A DNA stretch of 64,000 nucleotides, taken from Euprymna scolopes. Lineage: Eukaryota. The notes below the pieces were generated by a model. That model had not been told where the DNA came from. It did no database searches and was given only the letters and a program-made list of their open reading frames with translations. A program made the position numbers and the translations under genes. Positions 52,904-64,000 of this stretch are shown here, piece by piece (within the stretch, counting starts at the first letter, position 1; each line of letters begins with the position of its first letter). Where the stretch lies: assembly GCA_053919585.1 (NCBI GenBank), contig CM132799.1, one strand, 5' to 3'.

Positions 52904-53391
52904 TTATGTCAATCCGTTAGCACGTATGGTTTTCATGAATACATTATTATAGGAAAGTCACCAATGGATGTATTTTTTCAAATATTCTAATTGATGGAAG
53001 ACGAAACATCTGGAAAAAATTACATAATAATATAATTAAGTTATAGGAAATGGTGTCAAATGTTATTTTAAAGAAAGAAAATTCTAACGGAAAGACATTT
53101 TTAAAAATGTCTCAATTAGATATACAATTATTTTGTGAAAAAGAAATGCTAGTGACAGTGTAAGATTAATTACATAAGAAATTAGAAGCAATACAATTAA
53201 CAATAAGNNNNNNNNNNNNNNNNNNNNNNNNNNNNNNNNNNNNNNNNNNNNNNNNNNNNNNNNNNNNNNNNNNNNNNNNNNNNNNNNNNNNNNNNNNNNN
53301 NNNNNNNNNNNNNNNNNNNNNNNNNNNNNNNNNNNNNNNNNNNNNNNNNNNNNNNNNNNNNNNNNNNNNNNNNNNNNNNNNNNNNNNNNNN

Positions 53392-53700
53392 AGCGGCTCC
53401 CGCCAGATCACCGAAGTTAAGCAACATTGATCCTGGCCAGTACCAGATGGGTGACCATTTGAGAAGGCTAGGTGCTGTATGTACGCGCTGAGACATAGAA
53501 ATTTCTACGTTGGTATCTGGGGGCGCATTAATTCACTGGGAGAGATGCCCGCCCCCCCCCCCAGCGTCGTTAAGACATGCATGTAGGAGAAAGAAACTCT
53601 GATGTAAAAACCTGCGGTCTACTGTATTCCCTGCCCTGTGGCTGACATCACCACCGAAAAAGGTTACCAGTAATACCAAAAAGTTGGGTCAACACAAAGC
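53392..53700 (+). mobile_element. 5S-derived SINE (head begins in gap) with RTE-5'-like body
   Basis: gatcaccgaagttaagcaac..agtacc.gatgggtgacc..gtgctgta at 53392-53482; taggagaaagaaactctgatgtaaaaacc at 53584-53612. Confidence 0.7.
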
Positions 53701-53817
53701 TTTTACAAGTATAGCTTGTCATTTTTCAAAAACTGCAAATTTTAGCGAGATTGAATGTAACTGTTTAAACAACCTCATTTTATTCGCCTTTTTATTTTTT
53801 TATAATTTTACCTATTC

Positions 53818-54636
53818 ATATTTTTTTTATAACATTTTCACCCCAAACAAGGCACATCGCCACTTTGATGTAGGGGACTACTACCAGGGACATAAGCTAG
53901 AGGGGTACTATGTAGGGTGTTGGGCAACAAGATGTCGGTTTACGTTACACTTGAACTTCTGCATGTCAGTACAGTTGGGGAAGCAGGGTCCCGGAAGGGA
54001 GTTCCAAAGTCTTGTGGGTCTGGGGAAGAAACTACTGGCGGTGAAGGCTCTCTAACATCTAGAGATTTCTACTGTGAAGGGGTGGGATTTAGCTGCTTGT
54101 CAGGTCTGTCGAGGGTATTTACGTCGAGGGGATACAAGTGTTTGCAGTTCGGCAGAGCATTCACCGTTTAAGTACTTGTAGAACAGGCAGAGGGGTGCAA
54201 CATTTCGTCGATGGGACAGAGCCTGAATCTTAGGTGACAGTTCAGGACCTATTAATTTGGCGACTCTCTTTTGGACCTTGTCCAGGAGTGAGAGACGAGT
54301 AGCAGATGCCCCAGCCCAAATATGATAACAATACTCCATACATGTGCGAATGGTGGCCTTACAGAGGTACAGGATACTTTCGGGCGTTAGTAGCTTTCTA
54401 GCACGGTAGAGAGAAACTACCTTTTACGCAGCAGTCCTTGCAATGCTCTCAATGTAATTTTTCCAACTCATGTTTCCTGTGAACGTTAGGCCGAGGAGTT
54501 TAAAAGATGAATTTTCAGATAAAGAGTCATTGCTATTGATGGTAGAGAAGGTTTTTTGTAGTTATTGAAGGAAACAAGTTTAGTCTTGGCAGCATTGAAT
54601 GTGGCCATCCATTTTTGTCTCCATTCCACTACAGAT
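53818..54636 (-). mobile_element. CR1-group LINE (family A) 3' part
   Basis: SVVEWRQKWMATFNAAKTK..MEYCYHIWAG..; reverse complement of 12991-13850; T-run tail. Confidence 0.9.
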
Positions 54637-54660
54637 CTGACTTTTAATTGAAGTATCCTA

Positions 54661-54718
<58 letters not shown>

Positions 54719-54974
54719 GGGAATTTAAATTTGGTGACTTTACTTGAAAATTCAAAGATGGCGTGATAAAAAGAAAAAAGGTAATTGCAACTTTCCTCCC
54801 TAATTTTCAGATTTTATAAAATGTCCATATGCATTTATTTTATTTTTTGTAAATTGATAAGTGCTTTTTTCTTCTGATGAGTTAAGAGCGAAATAGATTA
54901 ATTGATCGATATAATAATTAAGTGAATGATTTTACGCTACGAATCAGGCACTGATTTATGCTCTTAAAGGTCAC

Positions 54975-55020
<46 letters not shown>

Positions 55021-55221
55021 TATTTCATGCACTTTAAATTTGTCTTTACATAAGCTGTAATGTGTTGCCACACAGTCACATGCTCATGACTGTGTAGCAA
55101 CGAATTACTACTTATGTAAAGAAAAACTGAAAGTGTAACTTGCTCCACCCCGGTATTGAGCACTCTTGTATTAACCTCGTTATATTTCACTGGTTACCTT
55201 ACCTTTGAAAAATAGCAACCT

Positions 55222-55268
<47 letters not shown>

Positions 55269-56131
55269 AGAGAGAGAGAGTGAGACAGGGGGAGTATTAT
55301 TATTCTTAGATAGTATAGATAAATATTACGATTCTTTAAATTACGCATAGCATACAAGTCATGACTCAAAGGAACATCATAAGAACGGTAAATGCTTCAA
55401 GGTCATAATTTTATCAGTCAATACGTTTCAAGTTACCATCCTTTTCACAGACTTCGCCCCACTAGAGAGCACAGCTTTACCCATCAATCAGATATGCTTT
55501 AAAAATAACAAGGCATTAAAGGAACTTCTGAAGTTTGTGAATCGACAAGTTGCTATAAAAACAACTCCAGCGTGAGACCTTTTACTCAAGCAAGAATATA
55601 TCAAATTTCCGATATCAACGATATTTGATATATTGCAAACGATATGAGTAGTATGATGGAAGCGCTTATGGTACATATAACGCCTATCTCGTTGTAAAGG
55701 TATATTATGTTTTCTTCAGAAACCAAACGTGAACATTTGGAGCAGCTTACTTGCCACAAATGTACTTTCAGTTTTCTAAAAAAACTATACTCGCTTTCTC
55801 TGTGATATCTACGACATTTCTTCGCATAAACTTGGATCAAACTATTCTAAATTTATTACTGAAATACTTTTATTTGCCAAAAACCATGACTCAACACTGT
55901 TTTTGTTTTCTCTATTATGCTTACCGTTCGTCTCAATATATTTAACAATAACACGTATGGATGCTGAAAACTGCTAGAACCAGAACAATCATAACTCTTT
56001 AGTAGTTTACTTACATGCAGCGTTATAGAAAGAATAAAAAGCTTTTTTTTTTTTTTTTTTTTGCTATTCACGACAGTCATACTAATGTGAAAAATCACTT
56101 GCCAGTCCGTTCACGCATTGCCGGAAGAAAT

Positions 56132-56196
<65 letters not shown>

Positions 56197-56377
56197 TTCT
56201 TTGTGATAAGTACGACACTTCTTCGTATAAATAACAGAAACCTTACTCCAAATTCAATACGCAAATTTCTTTTACTAAAAGCACGATTCAGCATTTTCTT
56301 TGTTTACTCTCTCCAGCGTGCCAAACTTTCTCACTGACATTTATATATTAAGAATGACATGTACGGATGCACAAAAC

Positions 56378-56429
<52 letters not shown>

Positions 56430-57395
56430 CCACCACATATTAAGCAAATGCAGCAAACTAGCCACAAAAATATAAAAATAGACACGATCAAATAAGGAAG
56501 GAAGTACACTAGGAATTACACAGACAATTGCATCTTGAACATCCAGACAATTGGTACAAGCAAAAACCGGCAACAGTACATGAAAATGAAAGTCACAAAA
56601 TCCATATGAGACATTGATATACAAACAAATAAAACCATCCAAACAAGAAGACCGGATGTTAACAAAAAGGAAAAGTGCTGTTCGATAGTAAATTTTGCCG
56701 TTCCAGCAGACCACAGAGTAAAGATCATGGCGACAGAGAAGCGAAGCGAATTCTCGGAACTTGACAGAGAGTTCAAAAGTATAAGGAAGATGAAGAAAGT
56801 CAAAATAACACTAATAATAGTAGGAGCACTAGGAACAATACCGAAAAACTTTGAAAAAAGAATGAGAGAGATTGGAATCAAAGAGATGGATGAGAAGATA
56901 CAACGAATAACAATAATATCAAAGAAACCCTTTGAATACTGAGACTAACAACCAAGCCGGACATAGAGAAACAGCTACAGATATAAAACAAAGAAATACT
57001 ACATGGAATCATGAAGACTGAAATTGTAAAATTATAAGTTAACCCCTTGCGCTACCGCTCGCCCTCCATTTTTTTGTGTCGCCATAAACTGGCGCCACGC
57101 CAGACAAGTGAGGATGGAAAGATCAACGAGAGAAAGCACTAACCAAACCTTACCTGGGTAAAGGTGAAGAAGACTGCGACCTTGGGGAGGCTTATTGTCA
57201 CACAAATTCCAGCGTAAACCAATGATCGCTAGCAACGAGAAATCAGCAGTGAAGCGCTATTGCGATAACGCAAACTAATTTGCAAAGATTATCGAAAGAG
57301 ATAATGAGTACTGGTAATCTTGGGAGACGTGTTTTCACTCAGACTCAAGAGAACACCACAAGTTGTTTTCAAGGAGAATTCTTTGATAATGGCTT
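56430..57395 (+). mobile_element. R4/Dong-clade retrotransposon 3' part
   Basis: HILSKCSKLA..RHDQ..NFAVPADHRVK..KITLIIVGALGTIPKNFEKRMREIGI plus UTR; preceded by (GAT)n. Confidence 0.85.
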
Positions 57396-57582
57396 NNNNN
57401 NNNNNNNNNNNNNNNNNNNNNNNNNNNNNNNNNNNNNNNNNNNNNNNNNNNNNNNNNNNNNNNNNNNNNNNNNNNNNNNNNNNNNNNNNNNNNNNNNNNN
57501 NNNNNNNNNNNNNNNNNNNNNNNNNNNNNNNNNNNNNNNNNNNNNNATTCTTATTGTTCTTGTTGTTATTAATAGTGTTTGT

Positions 57583-58517
57583 TGTTATATCGTCCGTTGT
57601 TATTGTTCTTTGTTAAAAGTGAGTCTTATTAAGAGAGAGAGTCTTATTAAGAGTTTGTTGTTGACTTAGAGAGAGATGTGCTGTAATAGAGATTGTTCGT
57701 GTTATGAAGAGATTATATATTAAAAAATGTTCATACTTAGAAGTGTAGATATGAGATGTAGAGTTCACATTGTAGATATGAGATGTGTATGTCAAGACAT
57801 TTTATAACACAGATATATAGACATATAATAACAATTTTCACTTTACCTTTTGGTAGAATCACAACACAAAGACGACGTTTATAAAAACACATGATGGGTT
57901 TATTTCTTCTCCCGACCGGCCGTGGTTTTCTCATCAAGAATTCAAAACTTCACATTCTAAGTTTCAAAAGTGACCGTCTCGCTTCTAGATGTTCGAATCC
58001 CAAACTGCAGACTATCGTCTGCCGTCCTCAAACTCTCTCTCTCCGTCTCTCCCCTCCTTCTGTCTGCTTAACTCTCAACTTTTTTTTATCTATATCTAGA
58101 ACTTCCCATTTTCCATGACGTCATACACATGTTAAAACATGTCTTCTTTCACGTGTTCTGGACATGCGTGTCCAAAACTTTTTCCTTTGTTTACAAAAGG
58201 AATTTTAACCTATATTCCCAATAACCTATTTTTCCAATATGTTAAAAACATGTTTATTAAATTATCTTGTATAGTTGCATTCCTCAATTGAATTTTTCAT
58301 AACAGACTTGTCAACGCACATTCTTTTCTTGAAACTATTTTATCTCTAAGCTAAACAATGGTTTGTTTTACATTCGATTTTCTAATTCTCTCTCGTAATC
58401 TATTTCTAAACCTAATTTACGAGGTTCGAATTTCGTCTATTCTATTTCATTTTCATTTTAACTAAATCTCTCTATTTTTATACTTACATGAAAAGGGGAC
58501 AGCCCTTATCATATAAC

Positions 58518-58518
<1 letters not shown>
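57583..58518. mobile_element. Possible solo LTR
   Basis: Bounded by tgttatat / atataaca (8-bp TG..CA inverted ends); no TSD seen. Confidence 0.3.
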
Positions 58519-58572
<54 letters not shown>

Positions 58573-58574
58573 GA

Positions 58575-59600
58575 CAGACAGACAAAGGATAAAACGAGAA
58601 AATAAAAATGTGAAGAGAAACAACTACATGTAAATTTCATAAGGATGACAAAAGATGAGAATAACAAAAACACCTGGACATGGATGCGAAAAAAACATGT
58701 AAACCGAGAAACTGAATCCCTACTAACTGCAGCACAAGATAACTCGATAAGAACCAACGATATCAAAGCAAAGATCGACAAAACACAAGAAAACAGCAAA
58801 TGCAGACTTTGTGGACAAAGAGACGAAACGATAAACCATATAGTAAGTGAATGTAGCAAACTGGGCTAAAAGGAATACAAAAACAGGCACGATCAAGAGG
58901 GGAGGGTAGTACACTGGGAATTATGCAAACAACTGCATCTCTAACGCACAGACAAATGGTACAAGCATAAACCCGCAACAGTACTTGAAAATGAGAATCA
59001 CAACATCCTATAGGACATACAGACGGATAAACCTATCAAAGCAAGAAGACCGCATGTCATAATAACTAAAAAGAAAGAAAAGTTCTGTTAAATCGTAGAT
59101 TTTGCTGTCCCAGCTGACCACAGGGTGAGTATCAAAGAAAAGAAGAAACGGAGCAAATACACAGAGCTAGCCAGAGAACTGAAAGGGATATGGATAAAGA
59201 AAATCAAAATAAGACCTATAATAGAAGGAACAATCCCGAAAAACTTTGAAAAAAGAATGGGAGAAATTGGAATCAGAGGAATGGCTGCAAAGATATAACG
59301 ACTAACGATAATGAAAACAGCTGAAATATTAAGAAAAACACTTGAATGCAGAGATTAATACACATGAACCACATGTGTGAGCCAGACAAACTGCTGCAGA
59401 GACAAAACATTAAGAAGCGTTACAGAGAACCAAGAACACCGAAGCTACATATCTACAAGTTCTCCATTCCCTCACCCGTCCCCTCCCATTGCTTCATCAC
59501 TGTCACCCGCCGTCCCCCAAAAGTGATACCAAATAGCTGAGAAGGGTCAAGGAGGGTAGAAAGACAGAGGAGATAGCACTTACCAGACATCCGCTGGACA
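58575..59600 (+). mobile_element. R4/Dong-clade retrotransposon 3' part: CCHC zinc finger, RLE domain and partial UTR
   Basis: ETESLLTAAQDNSIRTN..CRLCGQRDETINHIVSEC..RHDQ..IVDFAVPADHRV..KY; preceded by (AAT)n; UTR is cut at 59600. Confidence 0.9.
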
Positions 59601-59698
59601 ATCTCTAACCACACTTACACTGAAACGGTACTGCTTGAGTCCAGTGACAAGGAGAAGTTCAGGATGACTAGAAAAAAATCCAGAGATAAACGGAGAGT

Positions 59699-59815
59699 GC
59701 ATACAGCACATGGAAGTCCCAAATGGTCACCCATCTGGTACTGGCCAGGCTCATTGTTGCTTAACTTTGGTGATCTGATGGGAACCGGTGTGTCAAACGT
59801 GATTATGCCGCGCCG
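59699..59815 (-). mobile_element. 5S rRNA-derived SINE head
   Basis: Minus strand ..cacaccggttcccatcagatcaccaaagttaagcaacaatgagcctggccagtaccagatgggtgaccatttggga..gtgctgtatgc. Confidence 0.8.
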
Positions 59816-59843
59816 CCACTACTACTACTACTACTACTACTAC

Positions 59844-59883
<40 letters not shown>

Positions 59884-59935
59884 TATTATTATTATTATTA
59901 TTATTGTTTATCGCTTTCAGTGTTTTTGTTGTTAT

Positions 59936-59979
<44 letters not shown>

Positions 59980-60747
59980 CATTATTATTATTATCATTTT
60001 CTGAAAGAGATTTTTATTCTTAATTTCCGATAAAAATTTACTTCATGAAAAACAGTACACAAAATTCACTAAACATATTACTATTTGCATACAAAAACAT
60101 TTACAAAATTCAGACCACAAACCAATAAAGTACATTTTATTTTCTACGATGTTCACGAGATGTTTACGATGTAGATAACAGGAATAATATTCAACAGTTC
60201 TCGGTTGGGTTATGGAATTTCTTGAAGTAAACTATTTTACCGGGCAACTCATAGACACGGCTCGGATAGTCGTTAAAATAATAAAATCAAATGAAACGCG
60301 GCTATCTCAATGGAAGCAACTTAATAATTGTTCGCGTACTAAAGGGAAAAGTCCATAGTTATATTTTCAGTTCATTCATATTTCACAAAATCTTGTTCTG
60401 CCTGGAAGTCGGATATTATAAAAAGCACATAATCTTTTCTTCTGCCCGTTGAAGAATTAAACGAATTTGGGTACATATTTCTAAAATAGATATGCGTTCC
60501 ATTGAATTATGGAAAAAAGGTGGTGCTCATTTACGTTCCAATTTTTTTTCTCTCATTTTAGTTGCGCCTACGCAACTTTATGTGAGAATTTGTCCGTCGG
60601 TGGAAGTGTAGTATGTCAATGTACAGTTAAATTTATTAGAGCGTTGAATTTTTCATTAGAAGTCGAGCTAGTTACGTGTCAAGGCAGGAAGTCACTAGTG
60701 AAACGTGGCGAATTAACAAATCAGAACTTTCTTATTTTACTAACTTT

Positions 60748-60793
<46 letters not shown>

Positions 60794-60916
60794 CGGTCTG
60801 GATTTTTAATAAATGTTTGTTTCCAAATAGGAGATTGGTTGGAGATATTATGTGTGCACACATATACATTCAGCATCAATATAATCAGACCACAATTTCA
60901 ATTCTGGGTAGCACGC

Positions 60917-60970
<54 letters not shown>

Positions 60971-61619
60971 TAGTTATTCACATTTTATGTCATTAGTTTA
61001 CTTTTAAACTGTTATTGGAAATTCGTCAAATCTTTAAATAACATTTTTATCACGATTAAAAGCCATTGTTTACATGTATTTGTTTTTATATTATCAATAC
61101 ATTACATCATCATTAGTTTAAAACAAAACACAATATACTTTTTATATTTAGTGTTTAATTATTATTTCTATGTTCATTCAATGTCGTCACCTTAATATTT
61201 TTTCATGCTATTTAATTATATTTTATATTTTACTCTATTACTTAATCCGTGTTCAGGTTATAATTTGAGGTTTTTTAAAAAATAATATCTAACAATCATA
61301 CAATTAAGTGGATTTTATAGTTTTTATTTACCTCTTAAAATAATTTTGTTAATATCTTAAAAATAAAATTTCACTTGTATTATCTATTGTTAATATTTTA
61401 TGCGTGCTACATTTTCTCCTGTTTCCAATCAACCATTTATATCATTTAGAACAGAACAATCTCTGTACATATTTATATTTAAGTTATTAGTTTGACATAT
61501 TACTCTTTTTATAATACCTTAACCAAAATATTATAATGCGATATATTATTTAAGTTCATGCAGTGATATCATCGATTTTCTACTTTGAAGAGATTCGTTT
61601 CATATTTTATCTCGATATT

Positions 61620-62384
61620 AATTTGTCCCCGGGCAAAAAGAGGGTGGACCTACAAATACAACCTTGTTCATTCGTCTGTTCGACCGTCCGCACTTTTCTC
61701 AATAACTTGGAATTTTTCTCAATAACTTGGAATTTTTTTAAAATTTTGCATAAACATTTAACATGATATGAGTAAAAAAAAAAGTAACGGAATTGATTTT
61801 CGGAGAAAACTCCGGTTGCCCCCCCCCCAATCACCACCACCACCTTAGGAATGCCTTCGGGTTAAAATAGCTAAAATTGACACTTGTGTGCATATTTAAA
61901 ACAAATTGATAGCTTGGATTTTTATAAAACGTTCTGAAAATTCGTAACTAACTGATTTCTGTGTATTTTTTTCTTTTGTCTATATTTCGCAATAACTCAT
62001 GGGTGTGCCCCAGGGGTTCTTTTAGAGCTAATAAAAACACTCCATTTTTGGTACTATTTTACCATATTTGTCCAAAATTTTCTGTGTATGTCTGGGTTAG
62101 CAGTTTTGCATGGTGCTTAACTTAAATTTAAATATGTTAAGGCTTTGGGGGCTAAATGGGAGGGGCAAATTATGGATTTAGTTATTTCTTTTTTGCATGG
62201 TGCAGAACTCAAATGTACATATGTTAAGGCCTAAAACGGCACCGTTTGTTCATTTTCACCTGGATTTGACGTCCCCTGGGGACTTTTGGGGCATTATGGC
62301 GGGGGGGGATGCTGCAATTAGTCATTTTTTAATGCCTCGTTCACAGTGCACTCACGTGGGACCATGCATGCTTCACTTGTTTCC
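61620..62384 (-). mobile_element. Second copy of the Helentron-associated element
   Basis: Collinear reverse complement of 30850-31579. Confidence 0.65.
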
Positions 62385-62512
62385 AAATTCATTTAACATA
62401 TTCCATATATGTTGATTTTCATTTAGTTTAATTAGGTAATGATTTCATACCTTTTGATTACCTTTTTAATATATATCAGCCAGCAGTGAAAAATTTTGTT
62501 TTAAACATAATC

Positions 62513-62559
<47 letters not shown>

Positions 62560-62736
62560 TATATATATATATAGTAATTTATAAAATATATATGGCGATT
62601 AAGCTACACTGAATATTCTGCGTTTCATGTACTAACTAGCTCTACCTACGTATTGAGCACTTTTGAAGTAAATACTTAAAGTTTACGCATAAATCTATAC
62701 TTTCGTATATTAGGTTTATGTGAGTGAATGAAGTAG

Positions 62737-62818
<82 letters not shown>

Positions 62819-62989
62819 CTTTGAATAACGAAAGACCATCTTCCTAAAGGCAAATGTATAACTCAAAAACCTGTTAGAAAGTTTATTATATGGAATGTAA
62901 AGTGATTTGGAGAAGACAGGAGGTAAAAGATAATGGAGATATGTAAAGCCTACAAAATCATAAATAATAATTTAAAAAAAGACATCATG

Positions 62990-63130
62990 ATGGGGGTGGT
63001 AATGTACTCGTCTTGCATGCAAAAAATTCGCATTTAGAATCTCGATTTCGGATGTGTAGAACTGATGAGTCCGAATGACGGCGAAAGTCGAATCTTGGCC
63101 TCTCATGGCTCGTGTGAGCTGCCGCGTTAT
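62990..63130 (+). mobile_element. Decayed tRNA-headed element with hammerhead core
   Basis: gtggtaatgtactcgtcttgcatgc..tagaatctcg head, then CTGATGA-gtccg aatga cggc-GAAA-gtcgaatc (63062-63094); stem I is poor. Confidence 0.4.
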
Positions 63131-64000
63131 TTGGCTATAGAAATAACTATATTGTCTCTCAAATTCTGAAAATTCAAATATATGTCTATTAGATTGATAG
63201 ATATTTCCATAACTCTACTTCATGTAACAATGATTTAACGCTAATAAACAACCCAGTGTTTATTTCGAAATGCATCTTCTTCAACATAGACCTAAGAGTT
63301 TTTTTTTCTGATGCTTCGAAATAATTCATGGTATTTTTCCTCATCCTAAGCCTGTCATCTGGATTTTCACCTTTGCTTGTCAGGTCATTCCTTATCTGCA
63401 CTCGTTAAATTGGACAGCACTCAACCGAGGCGAACAAACTTGATAGCCCGATTAATTCGCTCCGTGCGATCACTTACACTGAGCTTCATACACAACACAC
63501 CCTACGTTGAACGTAAGTGCGCACGCATACACACGCATACATGCACACACGTCGCTGGTTAATTTAGTTCACGATGTCCTTTAAGCATACGCTTTTCAGT
63601 TAGTTTCTATTTATAAACAAATGATTAAAGATTAGCTTCATTCAATGGAAGTCATTTTTTTTTCGCACATGAAAACAATTAGGAAAGTTTTTTTTGATTT
63701 GTCTTTAAAGTGTGTCACACTAACGATAAGACCGAAGCAAAGAGCAACAATAAATGATAGACTGAAAACTAATGACAGCTGAAGAGAGCGATTTGCTAAA
63801 CCTGAATTAATTAAGCGTAAAATAAAGAAAATAGACAAACTTCATCAAAAGACGGTACATCTGAAAAAAAAAACAAAAAAAAAGCAGGAGAATCCAAAAT
63901 TATTTTATTTATTTATTTATTTATTTTGGCTTACTTCGCTTCAAACAACGCATATTCCCACTTATAAGGTAAGGGTATACTATTTGAGATCGTGTCTAAG

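Noticed and set aside
54870-54910. Hammerhead-like CTGATGA-gtt aag agc-GAAA
   Set aside because: No convincing stem I or stem III.

Overview
AT-rich animal genomic DNA from a gapped short-read draft (many N runs, often beside microsatellites). Several repeats resemble ones I recall from octopod cephalopod genomes, but that is recollection, not a search result. I can support no intact host gene: the window reads as intergenic or deep intronic DNA filled with decayed mobile elements. These are R4/Dong-clade retrotransposon 3' parts stacked in (AAT)n tracts, two families of CR1-group LINE 3' ends, an RTE fragment, Tc1, mariner, maT and hAT DNA transposons (several nested, with TSDs visible), non-autonomous Helitrons/Helentron-like elements, 5S- and tRNA-derived SINEs, and 22-, 30- and 40-bp tandem arrays. 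The most interesting signals are RNA-structural. (1) Four non-coding fold-back elements carry a Penelope-type minimal hammerhead ribozyme motif in each inverted arm, and two of them enclose a tRNA-like Pol III promoter; three further solo hammerhead motifs occur, two behind tRNA-like heads. (2) The Dong 3' UTR holds a tandemly duplicated hairpin with compensatory base changes. (3) One diverged 5S head is joined to three different bodies. All coordinates and alignments were done by eye; element edges are approximate unless a TIR or TSD is given.
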